A DNA stretch of 44,378 bases from a virus: IMG/VR virus record IMGVR_UViG_3300045988_039715, positions 1 through 44,378 of that record. The stretch is one strand, 5' to 3'. The translations under genes and the position numbers were made by a program. The notes beneath the pieces are model-generated. The model was not told the DNA's origin, searched no databases, and was given only the letters and a program-made list of their open reading frames with translations. Below are positions 23,068 to 30,407 of the stretch, one piece after another. The stretch's first letter is position 1. Every line of letters starts with the position of its first letter.

Positions 23068-23125
23068 TGTGTTATCTCCTTTTTTGATTTATTTTCAAAA
23101 CCGTGGCCACGGATTTTGATTGAAG

Positions 23126-23347
23126 TTATTTACCAAACATTCCCCTCATCCCCTCAAACATCCCTGACATCTGCTGGGCTTGTTTCTGGACCTGGTTAAG
23201 CTGATCTTGGGAAATGCGGCCAGATGACACCATCTCTTGTATCATGGCGTTGGGGTCCTTCCCCTTCATCTGGTTCATGAACTGCTGGAATTGCTGCATC
23301 ATATTAGGCTGACGATTGCCGCCCATAGCGTTGAAAAACGGATTCAT
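23126..23347 (-). CDS. island protein d: Q/M/N-rich small protein
   Basis: MMQQFQQFMNQMKG...QLNQVQKQAQQMSGMFEGMRGMFGK. Confidence 0.55.
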   Translation of the reverse strand: MNPFFNAMGGNRQPNMMQQFQQFMNQMKGKDPNAMIQEMVSSGRISQDQLNQVQKQAQQMSGMFEGMRGMFGK

Positions 23348-23817
23348 TCAGCATCCTCCTTCACAGATTTCTTTTTTACAGGGGCCGTCTCTTTGGCGCT
23401 CAGAGCGTCCACACGGGCCGCAAGAGCGTCCAGGTCATCCTTGGTGGCATAGCGGATAGAAGGCTCCTGCGTGGCTGCTGGGGCCGTCCTTGTGGCATTG
23501 CTGCGTTCCACCAGATCATAAATTTTGATGCTGGGCTTTCCAGAGGCATCCGCCTGCTTGAGATAAATAGTGGGGCTGTTGCTGTCCCATAAAGCAACGG
23601 CACTGTTTGGGGCCACCAGATATCCCATGGCCTCCTGCTCTCCATTCACCCAAACCATGGACTGCCCATTTTGCTGGGACTGTACGGGCGGCATTTGTGG
23701 TCCTTGCATGGGAGGTTGGAACTGCTGCCCACGGAGCTGGGCCAGTTGGTCCGGCATGGGCGGCTGGTAGTACATGGGCTGATAGCCCGGATAGTAAGGT
23801 GTAGGTGTATAGGCCAT
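23344..23817 (-). CDS. island protein c: P/Q/Y-rich N-terminus plus small globular domain
   Basis: MAYTPTPYYPGYQPMYYQPPMP..., then VWVNGEQEAMGYLVAPNSAVALWDSNSPTIYLKQADASGKPSIKIYDL. Confidence 0.65.
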   Translation of the reverse strand: MAYTPTPYYPGYQPMYYQPPMPDQLAQLRGQQFQPPMQGPQMPPVQSQQNGQSMVWVNGEQEAMGYLVAPNSAVALWDSNSPTIYLKQADASGKPSIKIYDLVERSNATRTAPAATQEPSIRYATKDDLDALAARVDALSAKETAPVKKKSVKEDAE

Positions 23818-23823
23818 ATCACG

Positions 23824-24198
23824 TCATCCTTTCCAGTAATACAAAACTTCCTTTTCCCCAGAATCCCATGTATCCAGAATCGTCCCGTCGATAATACAGA
23901 CCACATGGGAATTCAGGCCGAGAAGGTACACACCGCTTCTATGGGTCCTGGCAAACTCGTTCACCGTTGTGTGAGGCGGGGCCGGTCTTCGCTCTAGACC
24001 ATACTTGCTCAGATAGCTCCTCCATACCTCGTTGGAGCTTGGCATATCTTTCAGGAGATACCCTTCCAGGCACAGGCCTATGTAGGTGGTGTCCCAGGCC
24101 TGGTCCAAAGCGGTGGAAATAGCTCTAACCGTGCAGTCTCCCACATTCCTGTTGTAAGGGTTTTCGTTGTGCCAGGAATACCTCTCCGTTGTTCGCAT
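23824..24198 (-). CDS. island protein b: possible Cys-His-Asp papain-like hydrolase
   Basis: NVGDCTVRAIS ... SHVVCIIDGTILDTWDSG. The ATG at 24198 has an AGGTGG RBS; the track start is 24216. Confidence 0.5.
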   Translation of the reverse strand: MRTTERYSWHNENPYNRNVGDCTVRAISTALDQAWDTTYIGLCLEGYLLKDMPSSNEVWRSYLSKYGLERRPAPPHTTVNEFARTHRSGVYLLGLNSHVVCIIDGTILDTWDSGEKEVLYYWKG

Positions 24199-24328
24199 GG
24201 CGGCTTTCCACCTCATTCAGATACTTTTCCAAACCATAATCATCCCCCTGTGCCCGAAACCACATAATGGTTTCCCTGGCGCAATCGGGCCGGATGCCAG
24301 CGGCAATCAATCTCTCTAACGGGGTCAT
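24125..24328 (-). CDS. island protein a: small helical protein
   Basis: MTPLERLIAAGIRPDCARETIMWFRAQGDDYGLEKYLNEVE. Its 3' third overlaps gene b. Confidence 0.45.
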   Translation of the reverse strand: MTPLERLIAAGIRPDCARETIMWFRAQGDDYGLEKYLNEVESRHANNGEVFLAQRKPLQQECGRLHG

Positions 24329-24427
24329 ATATCACACGTCCTTTGTATAAAAATAAGGAGTCCGTGAGGAGGGCGGCGACGTGTACCAACCCTTGATCCT
24401 CACGTCCTCCATGTCTATATTGTCGCA

Positions 24428-24463
24428 TAAAAATTCCCCGGCTGGGTACGGTCCCAGTCGGGG
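24428..24463 (-). terminator. intrinsic terminator ending the late operon
   Basis: 11-bp stem at 24436-24446/24453-24463 with one mismatch. AAUUUUUA follows on the minus strand. Confidence 0.6.
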
Positions 24464-24474
24464 TTGTGTACGTT

Positions 24475-24726
24475 TTATGTACGGTTTGTGTAGAGCTTGG
24501 CGGATACATTTTTCACCCGTTCCAAAATATGTTTGAGGTGGTCTCCCACAGTAGCCCTGCGCCATCCAAGCTCCGCCGCAATATCTATCTGACACCATTT
24601 GTCAATAAGATATCGTCTGGCGATCAGTTCGTCGTCCCGGTGGAGTGCGGCCTCATGGATGGCCTCCTCTAGTTGAGAGCGCAAGAGCTTGTCAAGCGAT
24701 TCCGGTAGCTTTACTCTTGCGCTCAT
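24475..24726 (-). CDS. sigma-70 region-4-like small HTH regulator
   Basis: DDELIARRYLIDKWCQIDIAAELGWRRATVGDHLKHILERV. Confidence 0.55.
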   Translation of the reverse strand: MSARVKLPESLDKLLRSQLEEAIHEAALHRDDELIARRYLIDKWCQIDIAAELGWRRATVGDHLKHILERVKNVSAKLYTNRT

Positions 24727-24738
24727 TTGTTCACGTCC

Positions 24739-25521
24739 TTATCTTTTGATTGCCGCCGCTACGGTGGCCAGCTCCTGCCTCGTAACAAATCCTTGGGGCC
24801 TTTCAATGGTCCCTCCAACATCGGTCATTACTCCTGTATCAATAGCCTCCTGGATATACGGCTTTGCCCAATCAGAGGCCGGTTGATTGTTCCGTCTAGC
24901 CAGCCAGTTTTCCATCATGGTATCAAACTGATCCTGTGTCATCTCATCCTCTCCTTCCATCCATCGGGCCACATCCGTCCGGAAATCGTCCATGGTTTTG
25001 CCGAATTTAGGGAACCAGTGAAGGACATCCCCGTGGTTACTGGCAATCCCTCTGCGGTAGCCCTCCTGATGGCAGATTACCACTCCGTCAGCCAACGGGT
25101 CCAGGTTATACTCCTTGCAGAGATAGGCTATCAGTTCCACGGCCTCCTGGTACACCGCCTTAAAATAGCTGGCATCCTCCAGGCCGTCCTCGCTGATTTC
25201 AAAGGAAATGTGGGTATCATTTGCACTGCCGTTCTTTCCTCGGCCACAGTGCCAGCCCCTCCAGTTCCAGGGCAGGGTCTGGACCGTACCCACCGATCCG
25301 TCTGCAAAGAGGCCTACAAAGGCGTGGGCGCACTTTTCCAGTCCGGGCCTGTCCCAATCATTCCCGTACTGATTCCGACCAATTACATCATCTCCGGGCA
25401 CATAGCGGGCCACAGAGGGGTTATTAGCCCCAGTCGAGTGTACCATTACCCCCTGTGGCCGGATGGTCCTCCCAGTCCTGTAACAGTCGTTCTTGGTCAA
25501 ATACTGTTTTCGTAATCTCAT
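24739..25521 (-). CDS. endolysin, N-acetylmuramoyl-L-alanine amidase (Amidase_2/PGRP type) with C-terminal binding region
   Basis: GVMVHSTGANNP ... HAFV ... WHCG ... ICHQEG. C-terminal FVTRQELATV is SLH-like. Confidence 0.75.
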   Translation of the reverse strand: MRLRKQYLTKNDCYRTGRTIRPQGVMVHSTGANNPSVARYVPGDDVIGRNQYGNDWDRPGLEKCAHAFVGLFADGSVGTVQTLPWNWRGWHCGRGKNGSANDTHISFEISEDGLEDASYFKAVYQEAVELIAYLCKEYNLDPLADGVVICHQEGYRRGIASNHGDVLHWFPKFGKTMDDFRTDVARWMEGEDEMTQDQFDTMMENWLARRNNQPASDWAKPYIQEAIDTGVMTDVGGTIERPQGFVTRQELATVAAAIKR

Positions 25522-25533
25522 GGTCTTCCTCCA

Positions 25534-25562
25534 TTGACATATCAGGGCGTGTGCTGTAATAT
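25534..25562 (+). promoter_or_regulatory. promoter TTGACA-N17-TAATAT
   Basis: TTGACA at 25534-25539 and TAATAT at 25557-25562. Confidence 0.55.
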
Positions 25563-25583
25563 GCGGATAAGGGAGTGATAAAA

Positions 25584-25853
25584 ATGCATGATTACAAATT
25601 GCTTTGCCACTTTTTGAGGCAGGCAGAAACTGCTTTCAGCCTATCAGTGGACACAAACCAGGAATTTTCTGCACTAGCAGACAAGTTCGAGTCCGGCAAT
25701 GCCACAAACGAAGACCGGGAAATGGCCCTCAGAATCCTGACAAATGCCAGGGAGAACTTTTCCTCCATGCCGGACAGCGAGGAGAAAATGACTGGGATGT
25801 TAGAGACCGCCCTGATTATTCAACAGCTAAATATGGAGCTAAAGGCACCCTGA
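25584..25853 (+). CDS. opposite-strand moron inside the lysis cassette: small helical protein
   Basis: ATG at 25584 behind an AAGGGAG RBS. 89 aa, with its own promoter and terminator. Confidence 0.55.
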   Translation: MHDYKLLCHFLRQAETAFSLSVDTNQEFSALADKFESGNATNEDREMALRILTNARENFSSMPDSEEKMTGMLETALIIQQLNMELKAP

Positions 25854-25868
25854 TTGGGTGCTTTTTTA
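25845..25868 (+). terminator. intrinsic terminator
   Basis: GCACCC-TGATT-GGGTGC followed by TTTTTT. Confidence 0.65.
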
Positions 25869-26129
25869 TTATTCTCTTTCCGCTTCCTCTTTGGCGGCCT
25901 CATCCTCCGCCACGCCAGCAGCCACGGCGGCGGCAAATGCCTCCTTGTCAGGGTAGGCGGCGGCCAGCTCCTGACCGTGACGGCCAGTAAACTCACGCAT
26001 CTCCCTGGCCTCCTCGTGGGTAATCTCAGGGTGCTTCTCCCGGAGCATAGCCATGCCTACGGTAGCCAGATCGGGGGCATCGTTCTTCTCGGTGATTTCG
26101 TACAGTTCATACAGTAGTTCAGTGTTCAT
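25869..26129 (-). CDS. hypothetical acidic protein
   Basis: 86-aa ORF between the holin and the endolysin. Confidence 0.55.
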   Translation of the reverse strand: MNTELLYELYEITEKNDAPDLATVGMAMLREKHPEITHEEAREMREFTGRHGQELAAAYPDKEAFAAAVAAGVAEDEAAKEEAERE

Positions 26130-26162
26130 AGTTCAATCTCCTTTGTAGTCAAAAATATGTTG

Positions 26163-26423
26163 TTATTCCTTCATCTGCTTGATGGCCTGGTTGACACCAG
26201 TTGCCGCCAGACCGCTTACGATGCCCACAGCAACGGCGGTCAGCGGGTCCGTGGCCGGGAAATCCTGGAGGCCGGTATACAGCGCCGCTACGCCCAGAAC
26301 GCCCCCACACAGGCCCACGATAGCCGGGATGTACTTGTTATCCAGACCGGACGATTTGACGATCAGTCCCACCAGATAACAGATGACGGTAATGGCCGCC
26401 ACACTCGCAATGCCAAAATCCAT
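26163..26423 (-). CDS. holin (Hol44/Phage_holin_5_2-like)
   Basis: From the internal ATG: MDFGIASVAAITVICYLVGLIVKSSGLDNKYIPAIVGLCGGVLGVAALY...VGIVSGLAATGVNQAIKQ. RBS GGGAGGTGA. Confidence 0.7.
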   Translation of the reverse strand: MDFGIASVAAITVICYLVGLIVKSSGLDNKYIPAIVGLCGGVLGVAALYTGLQDFPATDPLTAVAVGIVSGLAATGVNQAIKQMKE

Positions 26424-26441
26424 ATTTTCACCTCCCATCCC

Positions 26442-26470
26442 ATTGACTTTTGTCGAAAAAATGATATAGT
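26442..26470 (+). promoter_or_regulatory. promoter TTGACT-N16/17-TGaTATAGT
   Basis: -35 at about 26442-26447, extended -10 TG at 26462-26463 and TATAGT at 26465-26470. Confidence 0.5.
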
Positions 26471-26476
26471 GGATAT

Positions 26477-26570
26477 GTCCTTCGGGACCCGTTGCCCCGC
26501 CTATCATTCACCTCGATTTGGGGCGACGGTTTTTATATTCTTTTATCCTCCCGATTTGGGAGGATTTTTT
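26477..26570 (+). ncRNA. candidate small RNA antisense to the XhlA-holin intergenic leader
   Basis: The promoter is followed by two plus-oriented terminator hairpins (26490-26534 and 26545-26570). Confidence 0.4.
26545..26570 (+). terminator. intrinsic terminator, plus-strand oriented
   Basis: ATCCTCCC-GATTT-GGGAGGAT followed by TTTTT. On the minus strand the stem is followed by A-rich sequence. Confidence 0.6.
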
Positions 26571-26904
26571 ATAGCCCGATTCTCGCCAGCATGAACGCAA
26601 TCACAGCCGCCAGCACCGCCCAAATGGCCTTGTCCACAATGGCATCCCAGCGCTTGGCCGGTTTCAACTCACAGGATTCCTGTTTGGCCAGCACCTTCTT
26701 AATGTTGGCATCCATCCCATTTAACTTTTCGTCCAGCCTTGCGTCCCGCGCAATCTGTTGTCTCTGCCAATCATAAAACTTAGCGTGGAAGTCTTTGGAA
26801 TCCTCCCGCCATTCTTCCAGGGCTTTGATTCTTCCCTCCAGCTTGGCGGCCTCCGCCTTCCCTATACAATCCCGCTGTGGGTCTAAGATACATTTTTCAT
26901 CCAT
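26569..26904 (-). CDS. XhlA-like lysis-associated membrane protein
   Basis: Coiled-coil N-terminal part with a C-terminal AIWAVLAAVIAFMLARIGL helix. Positioned directly before the holin. Confidence 0.5.
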   Translation of the reverse strand: MDEKCILDPQRDCIGKAEAAKLEGRIKALEEWREDSKDFHAKFYDWQRQQIARDARLDEKLNGMDANIKKVLAKQESCELKPAKRWDAIVDKAIWAVLAAVIAFMLARIGL

Positions 26905-27328
26905 CGTACACCTCCCACGCCTGGGCGTACTCCTCTGGTGAAAAGTTGGTGTCTTGTTTGCACCGATATGTCTTGCCGTCAGTATAGATCATGTACTCCC
27001 CGACCCTATACATATCATGGGCACCCTGAACAGGCACAAAGGGGCGGGCCGTCTCAGGGCTTGTCCCATGAAGGGGCCGCCAGAAGGTGAACCAGGCGGA
27101 GTTATCCGGCTTGATGTCAGGGTGGGTCGCATTGTCGTGCGCCTGAAAGCACTCCCAAGTCTGGCCACCGTTATTTCTGATGTCGTCTACCTGATATTTG
27201 CCCTCCGTCCAGTCCTCATACAGACCGGAGGCCCGGATACGCTTGTCGTCGGTGTCAACGGTCGCCCCGGCCAAGGTCTGCCGGGACACATAGATAGCGG
27301 ATGCCAGTGCGTCGTACAAATTGCTCAC
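26897..27328 (-). CDS. carbohydrate-binding (CBM5/12-like) protein
   Basis: YRVGEYMIYTDGKTYRCKQDTNFSPEEYAQAWEV, plus an upstream W/aromatic-rich repeat. Confidence 0.45.
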   Translation of the reverse strand: MSNLYDALASAIYVSRQTLAGATVDTDDKRIRASGLYEDWTEGKYQVDDIRNNGGQTWECFQAHDNATHPDIKPDNSAWFTFWRPLHGTSPETARPFVPVQGAHDMYRVGEYMIYTDGKTYRCKQDTNFSPEEYAQAWEVYDG

Positions 27329-27600
27329 AGTGTAAGCCCCCTCTCAATGGCGGTCTCAATGCTGGATACCCTGTCCTCAAGGGTGGGCTCCGGCTCCGGT
27401 TCAGGCTCCGGCTCAGGGACGATTCCGGCAGTCATGGCGATAACAGTCTGGCCATCCACCTCGATATCCACAAAGGGGAAGGTATCAGGCACTGAGATGC
27501 CAGGAGGGACCTCCGCCCACCCTTTCGGGATGGTATTCAAATTACAGGTTTGGTTGCGGTGCGCCCCATTTTCCAGGGGCTGGATTTCGATGATTAGCAT
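27325..27600 (-). CDS. hypothetical protein with (PE)n linker
   Basis: 91 aa containing the VPEPEPEPEPEPT linker. Confidence 0.55.
   Translation of the reverse strand: MLIIEIQPLENGAHRNQTCNLNTIPKGWAEVPPGISVPDTFPFVDIEVDGQTVIAMTAGIVPEPEPEPEPEPTLEDRVSSIETAIERGLTL
27386..27415. repeat. 5 x 6-bp GGCTCC-type microsatellite encoding (EP)n
   Basis: GGCTCC GGCTCC GGTTCA GGCTCC GGCTCA, read directly. Confidence 0.8.
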
Positions 27601-27612
27601 GGAAACCTCCTT

Positions 27613-28728
27613 TTAGCCGATGGCATAATAGTAATAGGTAGTTCCTGTACCATTTAACTGGTCGCTTCCACTTCCGGTAAAATTTATATACCAAGAAATA
27701 GTGGACCCCTCTCTCTTCATCAGGGTATATTGAGTTGCAGTTGTTCCTCCATATTTCCAGCTTATTTTTTCGTATGTATCGCCTAAAAATATAGGCAATG
27801 CAAAATATAAATAGTTTCCTTTTGTCCCTTTACACCCATCTGTATCGCCGACTATAAATAGTTTAGGCTCAAAAGGGAGTGTCAAACTGCATGGGTTATT
27901 GATCCCGTAGGTGCCGGTCCCCACATAACTGCCAGTCTCTACTCTCAGTGGTAATACGGAGTTTTCAAACGGTATCCCCAAAAACTGATACTCATACCCA
28001 TCATGGATGCCGCTGTCGGGGTAGGCGTTGCGGTTGGAGGAGCGGACGTATTCCCAAGGACCATCATGTAATTCCTTTTTTCCTGTAACGGTTTTAGCAG
28101 GTATAGCCTCTGCTACATAGGTATAGTCCTCGCTATCCGCACTGTTCTGTTTGCCAGTTGGAGCTCCCGATGCATAATAGATAACATTCGCTGGGGTAGT
28201 CTTATAATCTATATTGCCCCAGTTGCCATGCGCTACACTGTTTACTTGTTTCGTTAGATAAAAGTATTTTCCTTGTAGCACTTGAAGATTTGAGCCTATT
28301 CCGTTTGGAGTAAAAGTCAAAACTTGTGGATTATTTAAAGTAACACTTAAATCCTCATGTACAGTTACTGTTGGAGAATACCTAATATGGTTTGTTGGCG
28401 TATATGAACCAGAATTAGGTCTACCCTGCCACTCAACACACTGTATTTGCTCGGCACCAAGATTCGGTACAAGAGCAAAACCAGAAGTTCTTCTCTTCCA
28501 CCAATACTGATTATATTTCCCTAAAAAGACCAGCACATCATCTGGGACATTATCTACGCCCAGCCCAAACAAAGCCGCTGTGGTGTCCTTTAAAAGAGCG
28601 AACTTGTTGATAAAGGTGCCTTCTGTGTACACCTTTCCAGGGGCCGGGATTATCTCGTAAATATCGTCTGTCCCATCTACTTTTGTAAGCTGAAAGCGAT
28701 TTGGGTATTGTACGTTTCTGTCGTCCAT
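27613..28728 (-). CDS. tail fibre/receptor-binding protein candidate
   Basis: N-terminal NVQYPNRFQLTKVDG...PAPG pattern. Its C-terminal ~110 aa are paralogous to 28741..29184. Confidence 0.6.
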   Translation of the reverse strand: MDDRNVQYPNRFQLTKVDGTDDIYEIIPAPGKVYTEGTFINKFALLKDTTAALFGLGVDNVPDDVLVFLGKYNQYWWKRRTSGFALVPNLGAEQIQCVEWQGRPNSGSYTPTNHIRYSPTVTVHEDLSVTLNNPQVLTFTPNGIGSNLQVLQGKYFYLTKQVNSVAHGNWGNIDYKTTPANVIYYASGAPTGKQNSADSEDYTYVAEAIPAKTVTGKKELHDGPWEYVRSSNRNAYPDSGIHDGYEYQFLGIPFENSVLPLRVETGSYVGTGTYGINNPCSLTLPFEPKLFIVGDTDGCKGTKGNYLYFALPIFLGDTYEKISWKYGGTTATQYTLMKREGSTISWYINFTGSGSDQLNGTGTTYYYYAIG

Positions 28729-28740
28729 TTGGTCCTCCTT

Positions 28741-29184
28741 TCAGCCGATGGCAAAGTAGTGATATGTGGTACCATTTGCGTTTAGTTGATGTTCACCGCT
28801 ACTTGATGAATACCATGACACAGAATTTCCGTTGATTGTAACAAACTGTGTGGTCGTGCTATCTGATCTAGTATACATACTAACATTCATATTTTTATAA
28901 TCATTATCCCATAGTATTATATTAGGCAAAGAGAGATCTACACCACCCGTAGAAACCATCCTAAAAACTCCCCAAATTATTGGAGTAAACGGAAATGTTA
29001 ACGTATTTGGGGATGAACTCAAAAACGTCCCCGTTCCAATGTAGCTGCCCGTCATAATCTTCGGCGATCCTGCAATTCCACCTGCAATTCCACCTGCAAT
29101 CGCATCCGATATTGCATCCTGAAACTTCTCGTTAAACTTCGCCATCGTTGGTTGGTCCGTTTCAACAAACGGTGTAAAAGCCAT
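28741..29184 (-). CDS. small tail fibre-tip paralogue
   Basis: GSYIGTGT...LTFPF...SWY...QLNANGTTYHYFAIG matches the C-terminus of 27613..28728. Confidence 0.6.
   Translation of the reverse strand: MAFTPFVETDQPTMAKFNEKFQDAISDAIAGGIAGGIAGSPKIMTGSYIGTGTFLSSSPNTLTFPFTPIIWGVFRMVSTGGVDLSLPNIILWDNDYKNMNVSMYTRSDSTTTQFVTINGNSVSWYSSSSGEHQLNANGTTYHYFAIG
29069..29100. repeat. 12-bp tandem repeat x2.7 (CCTGCAATTCCA) encoding GGIAGGIAG
   Basis: Read directly. The repeat is in frame. Confidence 0.8.
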
Positions 29185-30407
29185 CAGCTAATCACTCCTT
29201 CCGCTTTCATATTTCCATATAGTAGCAGATACCATGTGGCTACCTGCCAATTCTTCCATTCAGTATTCATGGCATCCAGTTCCGCCCAGTTTCTTCCTAG
29301 ATTACTACCCGCACTTGGCAAGGGGTTATATCCACTCCAAAAGGTGTACGCATTGGACCGCTTGAAGGCACGAACCACCTGCTCGATGGTCAACCGAATA
29401 TCTATTAGTATCTGCTCAATATTGTTGGCCTCGATATACGTCAACAGTTCCATGCTCTCCGGTGCCTCTGGCGTAGTGGACAGCAAGTCAATGGTAGAAC
29501 GTAGAGCGGAAACATTCGCAAGATATCTCTCCATCAGATCAACGGTTGGAATATCATCTTCATACCAGGTGTAAGGGTCTTTTTCCTCGCCGGGTTCGGG
29601 TTCTAGTTGTGGACCTGCAACAAATGAGCCTGTCCCGGAATTTCGATAGAACGTCTTACTGACTTCATCCCATAAACAGGCTATTCCTTCTCCATCCAGG
29701 GCTGGCCGAAAATCATGGATTAGCGTGTCGTTATCATAAATCTGACAACGATAAAGTTTTGCGGACAGTTTTCTCTCGTCTACCTCTCCCCCTGAATCAA
29801 GCGCCAAAAGGCAGAGGTTATACGGACAGTTAAACGTTGCCGCTCCATTGGTAATGGTCGTATCTCCAAATTTGCAGACATTTTTGTTTTTGTCTATAAC
29901 AACGTGGGACAAAACTTTTGATACCGTAGTTTCTGTTCCAGTCGTATTAAAATCAGACCGAATTGAACTAGCAGACATCTCCCACAACACAAAGCTACCT
30001 ACTCCATTTGCTGTACGCGCGCCAAAGAAAGGGTAAACGCCGCCTTTTAATGCCTCAATATCCATAATGACCCGGCTGTTATTCGTTGGTTTATGCCCTG
30101 TATCGATATACTGTGTCCCGCTGCTTTCAATGTACTCTAAGTAGGTGATACCCTGATTCCCACCATGGGGTATCTCTATCCTCTGATAGCCCGTGCTGTA
30201 ACCGTACTGACGGAACTGCTGGTCCAATTCCTCCATCGCCGCCGTTACTCGGTTCAGGTCGGAGGCGTTGTAGGTGCCCTTCAGACCGGAAGACCACTCC
30301 ACTTTTTCTTCTGGTGACATTCTGGACCAGCCTTTGTCATGGAGGGTTTTCCAGCGGATTACATCCGCCTGAGTGCGGTCAGTGATTAACGTATCAAGAA
30401 TGCTCAC
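29184..30407 (-). CDS. tail fibre/baseplate structural protein
   Basis: 407 aa in the tail-tip gene block, with translationally coupled boundaries. Confidence 0.55.
   Translation of the reverse strand: MSILDTLITDRTQADVIRWKTLHDKGWSRMSPEEKVEWSSGLKGTYNASDLNRVTAAMEELDQQFRQYGYSTGYQRIEIPHGGNQGITYLEYIESSGTQYIDTGHKPTNNSRVIMDIEALKGGVYPFFGARTANGVGSFVLWEMSASSIRSDFNTTGTETTVSKVLSHVVIDKNKNVCKFGDTTITNGAATFNCPYNLCLLALDSGGEVDERKLSAKLYRCQIYDNDTLIHDFRPALDGEGIACLWDEVSKTFYRNSGTGSFVAGPQLEPEPGEEKDPYTWYEDDIPTVDLMERYLANVSALRSTIDLLSTTPEAPESMELLTYIEANNIEQILIDIRLTIEQVVRAFKRSNAYTFWSGYNPLPSAGSNLGRNWAELDAMNTEWKNWQVATWYLLLYGNMKAEGVIS

Noticed and set aside
26157-26594. 145-aa plus-strand ORF across the holin locus.
   Set aside because: It is antisense to the well-supported holin, has an implausible composition and runs through two terminator hairpins.
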